Below, piece by piece: positions 12,182 to 25,994 of a DNA stretch of 64,000 nt. This DNA is from Dendrobates tinctorius. Its lineage: Eukaryota. The position numbers were made by a program, and so were the translations under genes. The stretch is taken from positions 40,114,001 to 40,178,000 of the forward strand of contig NW_027361771.1 of assembly GCF_039654945.1 (NCBI RefSeq), in the 5' to 3' direction. The notes below the pieces were generated by a model. It had not been told where the DNA came from and searched no databases. It worked only from the letters and a program-made list of their open reading frames with translations. The first letter of the stretch is position 1; every line of letters begins with the position of its first letter.

Positions 12182-13150
12182 CGTTTATATAGTCCTATAC
12201 CTGCCAAGGTAGTCAATGCCAAACAAAGTTATTAAATTTGTCCAGATTAAGATTTTCGCAAAGACTGGTGACACGTTATTAAATACAGGGATTATATCAA
12301 AACTAGTATTGGTTGTATCTCTATGTCCTCAACATGCAATATTTAAAGAGCCAGAAATATAGCCAAACTGTCTAGTACACTTATTCTGAGTAGGTCTGCA
12401 GATGCCACCCCATCTTTCCCATATATTTATAAACTTTTATTGAGTTCCTTTTAATGTAAGTACCTCTCTCCAAGCAATTGGTATTATTAATTTTAGCTTT
12501 CCATTCCTCCAATATTGGGGGATTACATTCTAACCAGTGCAATGTTAACAACTTCCTGGCCAGAAAAAGCAGACTGATATTAATAGGCTAGGAAGGGACC
12601 ATGCATTTTGGCCCCCTCCCAGACTAAAAACATCAGCTCTCAGCCACCCCAGAAAAGGCGCACCCATAAGATCGCCAATTCTGGCACTTAGACTCGCTCT
12701 TCCCACTTGCCCTGATGGGGTGATAGTTGGGTGGTTGAGGTCACTGTTGTCAGGTGACATCAAGCCCAGGAGTTAGTATTGGAGAGGCATCTATAAGACT
12801 GACACCCCCCCCCCTCCCCATTACTAACCCCGTAGTGGTATTATAAAAAATAAAAAATGCACACGCCCTGAATAAAGTCATTTATTTGAAATAATGACAG
12901 ACTCCTTTTAATGAATCTACATTTACCAAAAACACGTATACTTGCGTCAACACCCAATCTACTGAAGCCAATGTCTCCTGTAACATAATTAAAATAAAAC
13001 ACCATATTTCTCACCTATCCGATGTGAAGATAATCCATTTGTCCTGCGATGCATATAGCTCTGCTACATCTAGATGGCAGGTTGCATAATGCGACTATAC
13101 AGCCTGCCATCCAGCAGAGACACTGAGCTGCACTGCAGCGATTCTTCCTC

Positions 13151-13608
13151 TTAGGCTGGAGTCACACACAATGAATTAAAAATCGGTCCCATTTTAACAG
13201 TACGAAATCGCACAAAGAATTCTTGTCCAGGGATCCATCTGTCATCCCATTTTCCGGCGAGATTTTATTCGCATCAAATTGACATCCAATGCCAATGCCT
13301 GATGCCCTATCCTGTAGACCTGGAGAAGTCTTGCGATTTAATCGCAAGTCACACGTGTGGTGCGTTTTCAGTGCATTTTTTAATCGCATTCATAGACTTG
13401 CATTGGCGAATCCGATCTGAAAATCTGTGACAATCGTAGCATGCTGCGATTGTCTCGGTCCGAGGAACGGATCCGATAAAAAAACGCATGATGGGAGCAG
13501 CAATATAGAATAACATTGGGACGAATGCCATGCAATTTTTCTTTATCTTTTTTTTTTTTTCCCCGCGTTGCATTCGTCCGATTTTATCGCTAGTGTGACT
13601 CCGGCCTT
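13151..13608. mobile_element. PIF/Harbinger-type MITE
   Basis: tta-ggctggagtcacac...gtgtgactccggcc-tta. Confidence 0.75.
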
Positions 13609-13707
13609 AGATGCTATTCTGAAGGCTGTAGTAGTTACATGACCTTGTTTATGCATGGAGACAAAGGGCTCAGAGCGTAGAAGTAGAACTGAGAGATAAG
13701 TACCATA

Positions 13708-16700
13708 TTTCTTTATCGCCTTATTGGGGGACACAGATTACCATGGGTGTATGCTGCTGCTGCTAGGAGGCTGACACTATGCAAAACAAGAAAATTAGCT
13801 CCTCCCCGGCAGTATACACCCACCGACAGGCACTAGGCACCTCAGTGTGTGCTTAGTGTCTGTAGGAGGCGGACCGGGATCTTCCCAGATCCGCACTTAA
13901 CCTTAGATTTCTAGTAGAACTTTTTAATTCTGTCTTTTGTTTTGCAGGTTCAAGTCGGGAAACAGGGTGTAAATTTCACCCTGCTTTCCCACATCAAGCG
14001 GCTGAGCGAGCAGTATGGCATATCCCACATCGCACCTCTCAGTACGCTGGCAGGACTTTTTTTTCCATATCACCTTCTGGTGCTATGGCTTGTGGACAGG
14101 TGGCTGGTCCTTGCCAAATCCCCCTCCTCACCCCTCTCTTGGAACAGGGCTGAGAGGAAGACGGCGGGCGCAAAGGGTTACGCAGTTTTCTCCTGGATGT
14201 GGATAAAGAGGACCCCCCTCAGTGGCTTGCTCTCTTCCGGTGAGCCCTGTGATCATCCTCTTCAGGGACGTCAGGTAAGTGCCTGTACAATCCCTCCAGC
14301 CCCCGCATTATCTGCAATGAATCCATCAACAGCATCTACAGACTCTGCGTTCAAATCTCCTGCCACGCGCCTACACAGCCGCTCGTTCGCTCCTCTCTTC
14401 CAAAGGGGAACGTAGGATTGTTCACACTATTCCAGGGTGGGAGATACAGCAGCGAATCTATCAGCCGAGCTGAGGGTACCTTTATATCGGCGGCATTCCT
14501 CCTCCATTTGTCTGCACAGGGCTGCGGCATTCACTTTCACTTTCTATTCAGCTTCCTCAGCGCGCTCCCTCCTCCTTCTCTGAGCGCGCTTTCTTCGCGT
14601 GTTTATTAGCCCATCACAGGGCTCCTTTCTTTTTTGATATGCCAGCTCCCCTCTGTACCGTGCCCTCCCTGACGCAGTTAACCAATCGCGGCTCAGCCGC
14701 CAAGCTCCGCCCCCCCACGTCATCCAGCATTCTCATCCTGCGCTGTTTGGGGGACACCTCAGCGTTTTTGGCTGCTCGCCTGAATTCCGGTAGGCTCTGC
14801 TCTGACGCAAAGAATTAGCTCCCCTCTGCAGTTCTCTATCCCTAAGGCCATTCAGCGCAGTGTACTTATGCACAATCCTTCAAGGGATCTCTGTTTCAGG
14901 CCCACCGCTACACATTACGCCTGCGCATGCTGTAAAAAGAAGTGGGCATCGGGTCAGTCGTCCCCCTTCTGCCTTTCCTGCAGTCCTCCAACTATGTCTG
15001 CATCTCAGGAGCACCCCGAGCCTCGGTCTGAAAACACCCCCCCCCCCCCGTTGTAATGTCTCAGTCAGTCTCTGACTTGACTAAGGTTTCTCAGTCGCTG
15101 GTCCAGGTCTTAGAACGATTGCCTCAGCTAGCTACAGCCACCTGCGCACCGACCGCCTCGCAGGGTGAGTCGTCTGCACCTGACCGCGACCTTCAGAGGG
15201 ACAGACCGGGCAGGAGTTCTAGGAAGCGAGTTCTGTCCGGCTCGTCTTCCAGTTCGCTAGGGCCGGCTGCCTCACCCAGGTGTCCTTCTACTTCATCTGA
15301 GGACGGCCCTAGGTCAAACGACGATTCCCATTCTGAATCTAGTTCAGAATCAGATACCATATCCAAAACACGGAATATGGTCGATAGTCTCCTTTCTGAT
15401 ATCTTCCAAACCCTGGAAATTAAGCAGGATAAGACCCCGCCCCAGGAAGCTCCGTTCCATTTAAACGAGCAAGGCCCCCATCCCGAACCTTTCCAAACCA
15501 CAAAGAGTTCGATGCTACTCTAACCAAACATTGGGAGCACCCTGAGCAACGCTTCTCAGGCCGCAGGTACTTAGATGTCCTGTACCCCTTTGATGTAGAG
15601 CTTAAGGATCCAACAAATGGATCAAAGCCCCTGAAGTGGATCCTCCCGTCTCTCGCATAGCCTCTAAGACGGTTCTATCTCTCCCGGACGGGGCATCGCT
15701 TAAGGATCCAACAGACAGGCAGATAGAAGCTCTGGCTAAGTCTATTTTCGAGGCATCCGGCGCCTCTCTGTCCTATTTTCGCCTCCTCCTGGGTCGCGAA
15801 AGTCATTTCAGCTTGGGCAAAAATTCTTCGCAGAGGCATCTTAGCGGCTGCTCCTCAGGACGAGTTGGCAGATCTAGCAGATCAAATTAATCATGCGGGA
15901 AAATACCTTTTAGCCGCCTCTTTAGATGCGGCTGGGTGCGTGGCAAGGGCTAACAGCAACATAGTGGCAGTACGCCGAGTCCTCTGGCTAAAGTCATGGA
16001 ATGCGGATACCACTTCAAAAAAGTCGCTTACCAACTTACCGTTCCATGGTTCTAGGCTCTTTGGAGCCAAGCTGGATCAAATAATCTCTGATGCCACTGG
16101 TGGTAAAAGCACCTCTCTCCCCCAGTCTCGACCAAAACGTTTTTTCAACAGAAAGGGATTCCGGCCGTTTAGGTCCTTTCGCCCCTTCTCGTCCACAGAG
16201 AGATCTACCCAGCAAGATAGGCCTTCCGCCTCTAGGGAGCGTGAACAGAAAAAACGATCTTACAAACCCGCTCCCCGCTGGAGATCTAGAGGACAATATT
16301 CTAGGTCTTCAGGTGCCCATTCCGGTAGGTTCTCCTCCAAGTGACGGGTCACCCCCACCTGGAAGTTTTTCCAGGGTGGGAGGCAGACTTTCCTTTTTCG
16401 TGGACGCTTGGCTGTCGGTGGTCGACGACGCTTGGGTCAGGGAAATCATCGCGTCCGGTTACAAGATCGAATTTGCTTCCCCACCAAACAGACGTTTTTT
16501 CCTGTCTCGACCTCCAAGACAGCGGTCCCACATTCCAGGATTCTTTCAAGCCGTATCTTCCCTTCTTTCAGCCGGAGTGATTGTTCCCGTTCCCTCAAAC
16601 GAACGGTTTTCAGGGTTCTACTCAAATCTCTTCGTAGTCCCGAAGAAAGACTGCTCTCTGCGGCCAATCCTGGACCTCAAATTGATCAATCGCCATGTGA

Positions 16701-18585
16701 AGATTCTTCACTTCAAAATGGAGTCTCTTCGGTCGGTGATGGCTTCGATGGAACACGGAGAATTCCTCTGCTCTGTGGACATACGGGATGCCTATCTTCA
16801 CATCCCTGTTTGCTTGCAGCATCAGAAGTATCTTCTGCCTTCAGCCTAGCCTCCGCTCCCCGTGTTTTCACGAAGGTGATGGCGACGGTCATGGCCATCC
16901 TTCGATCCAAGGGGATTCTCATCCCTTATTTGTACGATCTCTTGATCAAGGGCTCGTCCCGTCAGGACTGCCTTCAGAGTCTTCAGATAACCCTGGATAC
17001 TCTTGGCCGTCTCGGATGGTTAGTCAACAGAAAAATCCATTCTAAGTCCCACTCAGCGTCTGACCTTCCTAGGCATGGAATTCGACACGAATCTGGCCCG
17101 GGTGTTTCTGCCGAGGGAAAAATTTGCGTCTGTCCAAAGGTATTCGAGTCCTCAAACGACCAGCGCCCATTCCCCTTCGATTCTGCATGAAAGTTCTGGG
17201 GAGGATGGTGGCTTCCTTGGAAGCAGTGCCCTTTGCACAGTTTCATATTCGCCCTCTCCAGCTGTTCCTCCTATCAGCCTGGGACAAGACGACGTTGGCC
17301 TTGGACCGCCCCATTCTCCTCCCTCTCAAAGTGAGGCAATCCCTGACTTGGTGGGCAATGCCTGTGTCAGTCCTCCAAGGGAGGTCCTTTCTTCCGCTCC
17401 ACTGGCAAGTCATCACCACCGATGCCAGTCTTCTAGGTTTGGGAGCGGTTTTCCATCAGAGAACGGCCCAGGGCCGCTGGAATTCACAAGAAGTTCTTCT
17501 CCCTATCAATCTCCTCGAGATCAGGGCAATCTTCTTCGCCCTTCTTCACTGGCAACCTCTCCTCGTCGGCAAGCCGATCCGTATTCAGCCGGAAAACGCC
17601 ACGGCCGTGGCCTACATAAACTATCAGGGCGGCACGCGCAGCCACCAAGTCATGTCAGAAGTGGCCAGGATTCTGCGCTGGGCGGAACGTTACGTCCCAG
17701 CAATCTCCGCCATTCACATTCCAGGGGTGGAAAACTGGGCAGCCGACTTTGAGTCGTCAAGGCCTAGCGTCAGGTGAATGGTCTCTTCACCCCACAGTCT
17801 TCGATCAGATATGCCAGCGCTGTAGCTCTCCGGATGTCGATCTCATGGCATCGCGAATGAACCACAAAGTTCAGTGCTTCGTGTCCAGGTCCAGGGACCC
17901 TCTAGCCGTCGCTTGCGACGCCCTAGTAATTCCGTGGTCCCAGTTCCATCTTCCTTACCTGTTCCCACCACTTGCCTTGATCCCAAGAGTAGTCAAGAAG
18001 ATAAAATCGGAAGGCGTTCTGGTGATTCTAGTGGTTCCAGATTGGCCAAGAAGGCCTTGGTATGCGGAGCTGTCAACATGCTCACGGACGTTCCCTGGAG
18101 GCTTCCAGATCGTCCAGACCTTCTCTCGCAAGGCACCCTTTACCACGAGAATTCTCGGTCTCTGAATTTAACGGCATGGCCATTGAGGCCGCAATCTTAA
18201 GGCTACTTTCACACATCCGGTGTGTGGGGTCCGGCGGCGTGCGGCGAAAAGCCGGGCCGCCGGATCCGGCCTGCAGCCGTGACACCGGATGTGTGTGCGG
18301 CGAGACGATACGGCTCAGACATTATTAAAGGAACCGCAGGACGAGGTGGATAGAGGCAGCCGATGACAGACAGCTGCTGAAAGGGAGGTGAGGGGAGGGG
18401 GGGTGGAGAGAGAGAGACATGGGGGGTTAACACTTAGTGTCCAGGCGAGAGAATCTCTCTCTTGCCGGCCACTTGTGGGGTTAACCCCACAGAGAGATCT
18501 CTCCCTCTCACCCAGACACTGTGAGTGTTAACCCCACAAGTGCCCGGCGAGAGAGATCTCTTACAAGTGTCCGGGTGACAGAGAG

Positions 18586-18674
<89 letters not shown>

Positions 18675-20267
18675 CACTTGTGGGGTTAACATTCACAGAG
18701 TCCGGGCATGCGCTGCGGAAAAAGCCGGTCCGGCGCTGACAAACGTTGCAGGGAACGTTTTTTGCAGATGCCGGATGGCTAATTTATGCCGTGTCCGGCA
18801 ACAACCGGACACGACGCATAACCATCCGGCACGATGCGGCGCCCATGAAAGCTTATGGGACAAAACCGGATCCGGTGCTGGATCCGGTTATGAAAAATTT
18901 CGCCGCATCGTGCCGGATGTGTGAAAGAGGCCTAAGAGTCGGGTTTGTCCAACCAGGTGATTCAGACAATGATCAAAGCCAGAAAACCAGCCACTTCCCG
19001 CATTTACCATCGGTACTGGAAGGCTTTTTTCCGTTGGTGCGACGATAAGAAAGTATTTCCAATGTCCTTTTCCATTCCGTCCATACTGGGTTTTCTTCAA
19101 TCCGGCTTGGATTTGGGTCTGTCTCTCAGTACCCTCAAGGGACAGGTCTCCGCCCTATCGATTCTCTTCCAAACAGAGCTCGCTTCCTTGTCTCAGGTTA
19201 AGATCTTTCTCCAAGGGGTCGCCCACGTGGCTCCCCCTCATCATTCGCCGATAGACCCGTGGGATCTCAATCTCGTCCTTAGCGTTCTTCAAAAGACGCC
19301 GTTTGAGCCTATCCAGGACATTTCGCTTTCCCTTCTCTCATGGAAGGTAACCTTTTTGATTGCCATCACGTCCATCAGAAGAGTCTCTGAGCTGGCGGCA
19401 TTATCATGTCGATCCCCTTACCTGGTTCTCCATCAGGATAAGGTCGTCCTCAGGCCTGTTCCTTTTCTTCCGAAGGTGGTGTCCTCTTTGCACATCAATG
19501 AGGATATCGTGCTGCCATCCTTTTGTCCTGTTCCTTCTCACCCTCTTGAGAAGTCACTCCACAACCTGGACGTAGTTAGAGCATTGCGTGTTTCTCGCCA
19601 GAACCTCTTCATTTCGGCAGTCTGACTCGTTGCTGATCATCTCTGAAGGTCGCCGGAAAGGGCTTCCAAATCCACGATCGCTCGCTGGATTCGTTCTACC
19701 ATTCTGGAAGCGTACCAACTACAGGAAAAACGGCCCCCTCCGGGAGTGAGAGCTCACTCCACCCGGGCCGTGGCGGCGTCGTGGGCCGTTCGTCACCAGG
19801 CCTCAGCTTTACAAATTTGCAGGGCCGCTACCTGGTCATCCTTACACACATTTGCGAGGTTCTACAGGGTTCATACCCAGGCCTCGGCTGATGCAGTTGT
19901 TGGTAGGAAGGTTCTGCAGGCGGCGGTGGCACACCAACCGACCTAAGCTCTTCCTGTTCTGTTCGTTCCTTATTGCTGTTCCCGCCTTTGGGACTGCTTT
20001 GGAACGTCCCATGGTAATCTGTGTCCCCCAATAAGGCGATAAAGAAAGATGGATTTTTGGTTCTTACCGTAAAATCTTTCTTGGAGCCTTCATTGGGGGA
20101 CACAGCACCCTCCCTGTTTAAGTTGTACCGTGTTAGGTCCTTGAGTCCCTTGTTGGGTTGTTTTGCATAGTGTCAGCCTCCTAGCAGCATACACCCATGG
20201 TAATCTGTGTCCCCCAATGAAGGCTCCAAGAAAGAGATTTTACGGTAAGAACCAAAAATCCATCTTT
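13708..20267 (+). mobile_element. DIRS1-type retrotransposon copy 1, full length but frameshifted
   Basis: Left ITR from 13708. gag ~14868-16344 (CxxC...CxxC). RT (LRPILDLK, DIRDAYLHIP). RNase H (TTDAS). Methyltransferase-like domain (DLMAS, YLFPP). Tyrosine recombinase (SIRRVSEL, HSTRA, FY) to 19946. ICR 20009-20105. Right ITR plus extension ~20160-20267. TTT at both junctions. Confidence 0.95.
18201..18932. mobile_element. Harbinger-type MITE inserted in the YR 5' end of DIRS copy 1; contains (CT)n at ~18587-18671
   Basis: TAA target duplication at 18198-18200 and 18933-18935. TIRs ggctactttcacacatccgg / ccggatgtgtgaaagaggcc. Confidence 0.88.
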
Positions 20268-20947
20268 TTCGGACTAGAAGACAACCTTTTTTTACAAAAA
20301 TTTGGGAAAATGGGTGGCATCTTATAGTCCAAATGTAGCTTACTGGGAGGACTGCGACAGAGGTCAGATGATGCTTCGAGTCCCAGGCTGATAGGAGGGG
20401 GTGTTCAGCGGGGCAGGGACTCAAGCGTCCCTGCCTCATAGAGAGAAGTGATGCTCGGGTTAGATGAGCTGCTGCCAGATTGTGCATTGCGGACCAATTT
20501 ACACGGACATCTGAATGTGCCCTAAGGCCATGTGCACACGTTGAGTGTCTGGACTTTTTTTTTTGTTTGTTTTCCGTATTTGTAGCCAAATCCAGGAATG
20601 GGTAAGAAATACAGAAGTGGTGACACTTTTTACTTTTCCTCTGTAAACCAAAACCAGGAGTGAAACAATCAAATGGTGAGCGTGGCCCAAGATGGACTTC
20701 CAGAACATTGAGGGATCACATTACAGCTGTCTATCAGTCTATGGATGGGGAAGGTAGTTATTTGTCACTTACCAGCTCAGAGAGAACTGAAATTGTAGTG
20801 ATGGAGCCTGCAGAGGCGCCCAGTGGGGAGTGCAGGATATAAGTCATATAAGAGACAGAATTAGTGTTATTCATCATGTACACACTCTCTGTTTTTCTGA
20901 AATGTTACCTGAATTTTTTTTTTTTTTTTTTTTTGCAGTCTGACACC

Positions 20948-21151
20948 ATGAATATCAGCACCGTAAAGACTGAAAATGGAAAAGTCTCCTGTGAGACCGC
21001 AGAGGGAACTGTGGTGCACATTAATATTAACCAGCGATCTTCCTTGGACTGCTTGCTGGACACCTTCCGTTTCTTCCGGGACATGAGGAAAAGTGGAGAA
21101 AAGACCAAGCCCTCCAGTACACCTGCTTCTGCAGCACACCTAGGGTTTGGG
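20948..21151 (+). CDS. TMEM176: TMEM176-like (CD20/MS4A superfamily) coding exon 1, 68 aa
   Basis: Acceptor (T)nGCAG at 20938, Kozak ACCATG, VVHININQRSSL resembling the TMEM176 N-terminal (H)IxIHIHQES motif, donor GGG|gtaaag in phase 0. A versus B orthology cannot be resolved. Confidence 0.8.
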
Positions 21152-21439
21152 GTAAAGAGTTTGTTTTTGTTATACTACTGTTGTAATAGTCGGTTTTTCC
21201 CAAATTGTGTTGCATAAAAAAAAAAAAAACATGTCTATCTCCAGAAGAAGCCTCTTGTATAGTCTACAGAACCTATGTTCTTGGTTTATGGCTTGTATTA
21301 ATCATTAATCTGTACTATAGTCAACCATATTGTTCTGATACTAGCATTTGCTTTACAGGATTTAAAATTGAGACAAGAAATCTCGTAAAAAAAATTTTCT
21401 CAGACTACTCAAGTAGCTTCTACATGTAGGTACAGTCTT

Positions 21440-21650
21440 CACGTTTATCAGGGACACCATCTTTGGTGAGAACAGTGGGTTCACTAATCAACCCTGGCCA
21501 TTAAAAGGGAATGTTACCCCAAAAAATAAAAAAAATTGTGTTTTTTTTTTTTTTTTTTTTTTTTAGGGCACATTCCCTTTTAATGGCCAAGGTTGATTAG
21601 TGAACCCACTGTTCTCACCAAAGATGGCCTCCCTGATGAGCATGAAGCAG
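21440..21650. repeat. Near-perfect hairpin with ~95-bp arms and A/T-tract centre
   Basis: ccatctttggtgagaacagtgggttcactaatcaacc... mirrored by ...ggttgattagtgaacccactgttctcaccaaagatgg. Confidence 0.85.
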
Positions 21651-21879
21651 GGTGGCTGCCAATCCAGGAGATGCGGTTGGATGTGTACAGTGGCTGCCAT
21701 ATTTGAGGTGTGTAAGTGTTGTACTCGTACAATTAAACACCAGCAAGTGAAAATTGCATCCCCCAGTGGCTGAAGCAAAAAAAAATACATTAAATACAAT
21801 GATGATTTTTTTTTTTTTTTTTAATTAAAAATAGTGGATTTTCATAGGTAATTAATACAAAAATCATGGTACCTTCCCT

Positions 21880-22771
21880 TTAACCCCTTTTCGGTTTTGA
21901 GCATAATAGTACTCTCACCTCGTAATCCCTCCGTTTGATTTGGGCTCCGGCGCTGAGCGCACATCTTTCCCAACACGTGTCAGCTGTTTTGAATAGCTGA
22001 CATGTGCCTATAACAGCCACGTTTCAGAGTTATAACCTCATAAAGGGACAGTGGTCAGAATTGTAAAAATTGGCCCGGTCATGAACGTGCAAACCACCCT
22101 TGGGGCTTAAGGGGTTAAAAATATTTAAAAAAAATATATAGAAGTTCAAATCTCCCCCCCCTTTCACCACATTCAAAATAAAATTTTAAAAATCAAACGG
22201 CATGAGAAAACAATTAACTCCAGAATTACTTTTTTTTTTTTTTGGTCGCCGCTACATTACAATAACAGGCGATCAGAAGATTGTATCTGCACCAAAATGG
22301 TAATAAAAACGACAGCTTGGCGCGCAAAAAATAAGCCCTTACCTAGCCCCAAATCACAAAAAATGGAGACGCTACGGGTATCGGAATATGGCACTTTTTT
22401 TTTTTTTTTTTACTAAAGTTGGGAAAAAATTTTCACCACTTAGATAAAAAAAAAAAAGAACCTAGACATGTTTGGTGTCTATGAACTTGTAATGACCTAG
22501 AGAATCATAATAGCAGGTCAGTTTTAGCATTTAGTGAACATGGTGGTAAAAAAAAGCAAAGCAAAAAAACAACTGTGGGATTTTGCAATTTAAAAGGAAA
22601 TTTTTTTCCCAGTACATGATATGTTAAAAGCAAGATGTCGTTCAAAAGTACAGCTTGTTCCATAAAAAAACAAGCCCTCACACAGTCATATTGACAGAAA
22701 AATATAAAAGTTATGGCTCTGGGAAGACAGGGAGCAAAAAATGAAACTACCTCCGGATGTTAAGGGGTTAA
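21880..22771. mobile_element. Composite TTAA-bounded piggyBac-like MITE fragments
   Basis: ttaacccc start; aggggttaa ends at ~22098 and ~22771; shares sequence with 11025-12181. Confidence 0.5.
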
Positions 22772-23470
22772 AAGAAACATGCAGAATTTGACCCCCCGCG
22801 TCCCCTCCCCTCCCCCCCCCCCCCCCCCCAAAAAAAAAAAACATTCAGTAGCCCAAAAAGTAATAAAACAGATGGGTGTGTCCATTGTAAATGAGAGCAG
22901 AAATCTACTTCAGTGAATAGCTGGCATGTATTTCCACTTCTCATGCAGCTCTTTGAGGCTGCCATGCCCAAGTCATAAGGAGGCATGTGTTTTCTTATTG
23001 CATCTTTCTCCTCTTAAAGTGATATTAATGGTCTATCCTCTGGACATGTGATTGGTGGCACTTCCTATCAGCTGTGGCAGGACAGCTCAGCTCTGTTCAC
23101 TGTGTAGTGGTTATTCTCAGGTGTTGCTGCTCGGCTCCTGTTCCCTTTTACTCAGGAGCGGACAACAGACATCTTGTACAGAGCACTGCATTCCCAGCCC
23201 CATACATTGTACATCAGGCCACTGCAGGTGATCATATGGGTTGCTGGAACCCTCACCCAGTTCATATTGATAACCAGCGTAATGATAGACATTCACTATC
23301 TGAGTCCTTGAAAACCCCCTTTAACGTTGCTACAACTTGTTGAACTGAAATAACCGCATCAGATTTACCTATGGTTCAGTCTACATTTAAGCCCAATTTG
23401 GTACTAAGTGACTATGTATGATCATTCTGATATAGCGCACATATGTAACTGTGTGTTCCCTTTAATCTAG

Positions 23471-23584
23471 GTTGCCTATATTTCTTTGGGTGTGGTCTCT
23501 GTCATGTTGGCCATTATTGTCTGTCTTGCTCAGATAGATTATGGGATCTTCTACAGTGGAGCCCACTTCTGGGTGGGATTTCCG
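23471..23584 (+). CDS. TMEM176: TMEM176-like exon 2 (VAYISLGVVSVMLAIIVCLAQIDYGIFYSGAHFWVGFP): TM1 and start of TM2
   Basis: AG/GT bounded, 114 nt, phase 0. SGAHFWVG matches the CD20-family GxPFWxG motif. Confidence 0.88.
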
Positions 23585-24140
23585 GTAAGTATCACTAAAT
23601 TTCCACCTGTGGCTTTTCTGGATCTGGCCTGACCTCTATTGGGGTTGGTACTATAAATGTTGAAATCTGCTTTCCCTAATTTGTCCCTATAGTTCACAAA
23701 AAAATACATATAATTGTGGTAGGATTCTTTGTTCCTTTTTGTAAACTTTATATGGACAAAAAAAACTTGCGCTTGTCGTACAAGCTGCCTGTAGATATAT
23801 TAGACTATAATGGTGGCCTTCTACAATAACTTTGACTAAAATCTTAGAATGGGGGACTTGTTTCCCTTAGCAGCCAAACTGTAACTTAAATTACCTTGGC
23901 TTTATTTTTCCCGATTTCTTATTCAGGTGGGTGTACTGCACGCTGGTCACCGCGGGGGTTCTTGGCCATACTTATATCAATTAAAACTCTTTTAAGAGGT
24001 TGTGCCATCAAAAAGAACCCTTAACCATTTGCCGCTTCAAGACTGCTCTTGTCTGCCGGAAGTAGAGCTGGTCTTATGGATCCTCCTCTATAACTTACAT
24101 ATGCTGTAATAGGGCACGTGGACAGGTGCGATAATCACTT

Positions 24141-24288
24141 TAAGGCCGGGGTCACGCTTGCACTCGGGACTGGAGTGTCCGGCTGCATGTATTTCCATGC
24201 AGCTGAGCGCTTCGGTCCGAGTGCCGGCAGCAGGGTATTGAGATGCGGGACTCCGAGCGAGTGTCTTGCAAGTGTGATCCCGGCCTAA
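24141..24288. mobile_element. Small Harbinger-type MITE
   Basis: taa-ggccggggtcacgcttgc...gcaagtgtgatcccggcc-taa. Confidence 0.75.
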
Positions 24289-24589
24289 GGGACAGCCTTT
24301 TGGTATTGAAAATTTGAGGACTTTTTACTGACTTCATTTTCACAATGCCACCTTTAACTGCAATATTGTGCCCTAATTCATGAGACACCCACAATATAAT
24401 TCTGATGCCCAGGTTATAGTATTTAACATCCACTGTCTCCCAGGATGGTATGCCTGTATTATCTTCTATTCCCTAGTTTTGTGTTTCCTGTTAAAAAAAA
24501 AAAATAGTTCTTGGAAATCTCATTTCCTACCTTGTTGATTTGGAAAATCCAAAAAAAAATTAATTTTCCTATCTTCTATCTCTTCACAG

Positions 24590-24646
24590 TTCATTGTATC
24601 TGGGATACTGAATCTTGTAGCCTATAAGTTTCCAAAAACATTCTGG
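24590..24646 (+). CDS. TMEM176: TMEM176-like exon 3 (FIVSGILNLVAYKFPKTFW)
   Basis: Acceptor ttcacag, donor TGG|gtaagt, 57 nt, phase 0. FIxSG motif of CD20-family TM2. Confidence 0.88.
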
Positions 24647-25062
24647 GTAAGTTGTGACTAGAACATCCCCTGCCTTAGCCAATAATGTAGAGCAGCTTTA
24701 TGGAGTGGGCTCAGGAGCAGAGTCTGCTCTACACAAGGCAGATGCCAGACTTGTTGCGCAGCTGACATCTGCCTGTAATGGCAGTGGCTGGAGTGAGCTG
24801 CTGTTGACCCGTTTAAATGTTGCTGTAAATCACTGACGGCGGCATTTAAACTACATGATTCTGCCTGGCGTCTATTTCTGAATACCCATGGTGTGCCGAT
24901 GGGTTGTCTTGGCAGCCAGAGACTTGCTGAGACCAATATTAGAAATACCGTATATTTTGTTAGGCTGGAGATCACAGGTTCTAGAGAGAACATCACAGTT
25001 CCACCTTTTAAGAGACCACTGCAAAATTTTCATTTTGTTTGATTTTTCTCTTTATAGGTATA

Positions 25063-25200
25063 CTAGCTGAAGAGCCCGGCGTTGTCTGGGCATAGTAACT
25101 AACTGTGGTTAGTTATAACAAATTATAATTATTCTCTATCCCATAGTTCTGTGCCCATATACCCATCATACATATCCTCCATCCAATAGTCCCATGCTGT
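25063..25200 (-). mobile_element. Helitron 3' terminus fragment
   Basis: Minus strand reads CCCAGACAACGCCGGG (subterminal hairpin) ... CAGCTAG|T, the canonical Helitron CTAG end followed by T. The far boundary is uncertain. Confidence 0.55.
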
Positions 25201-25994
25201 GCGGCTCTGTGTGCGGCCATTGATGATGCGATTTTCTGTCATGTGTTCTCTGCTCCTTTTGGGCAGACAATGGCTGGGAACTTATGTTCCCGGGGATGCT
25301 AGATTTCTCCCACCCGGTCAGTGTCTGCTGAGGTGTTGTGGAGTGGGGAAACTGTTGCTCATAGCAACCAATCACAGCTCAGCTTCTTCTCAACAGCTCT
25401 GGTGAAATGAAAGATGCTTAGTGATTGAAATTGCTCCTTCATTCTATAAACTACTGACAACATGTCTTCGAATTTCCAAGCACTAAATTTTGTATTTATT
25501 TTCAGAAAATGAGAAATGGTCAAAAGAACAAAAAAATGCAGTGCTTGCAGACCTCAAATACTAAGAAAACAAATTCATAATCATTTAGAAACAACAATAC
25601 TAATGTTTTAACTCAAGAAGGGTTCAGAAATCAATATTTTGTGGAATAACCATGATTTTTAATCACCGCTTTCATGTGTCTTGGTGTGCTTTCCACTTGT
25701 CTTTCACACTGCTTTTGGGTGACCTTATGCCACTCCTGGTACAAAAATTTAAGCAGTTCTTCTTTGAAGGTTTGTGACTATCCATCTTCCTCTTGATTAC
25801 ATTCCAGAGGCTTTCAATGGGGTTCAGGTCTGGAGACTGGACTGGCCATGACAGGGATTTGATGTGGTGGTCCTTCATCCACACATTGATTGACTTTGCT
25901 GTGTGGCATGGCGCATTGTCCTGCTGGAAAAATCGGTCCAGAGTTGGGGAACATTGCCTGAACAGAAGGAATCCACTGTTTTTCCAGGATAAAC

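Noticed and set aside
14790-14899. gag intron in DIRS copy 1
   Set aside because: An in-frame ATG at 14868 reads directly into the zinc finger, and the donor is weak.
18508-18739. Poly-ER / poly-SL ORFs
   Set aside because: Translation of a (CT)n microsatellite inside a MITE.
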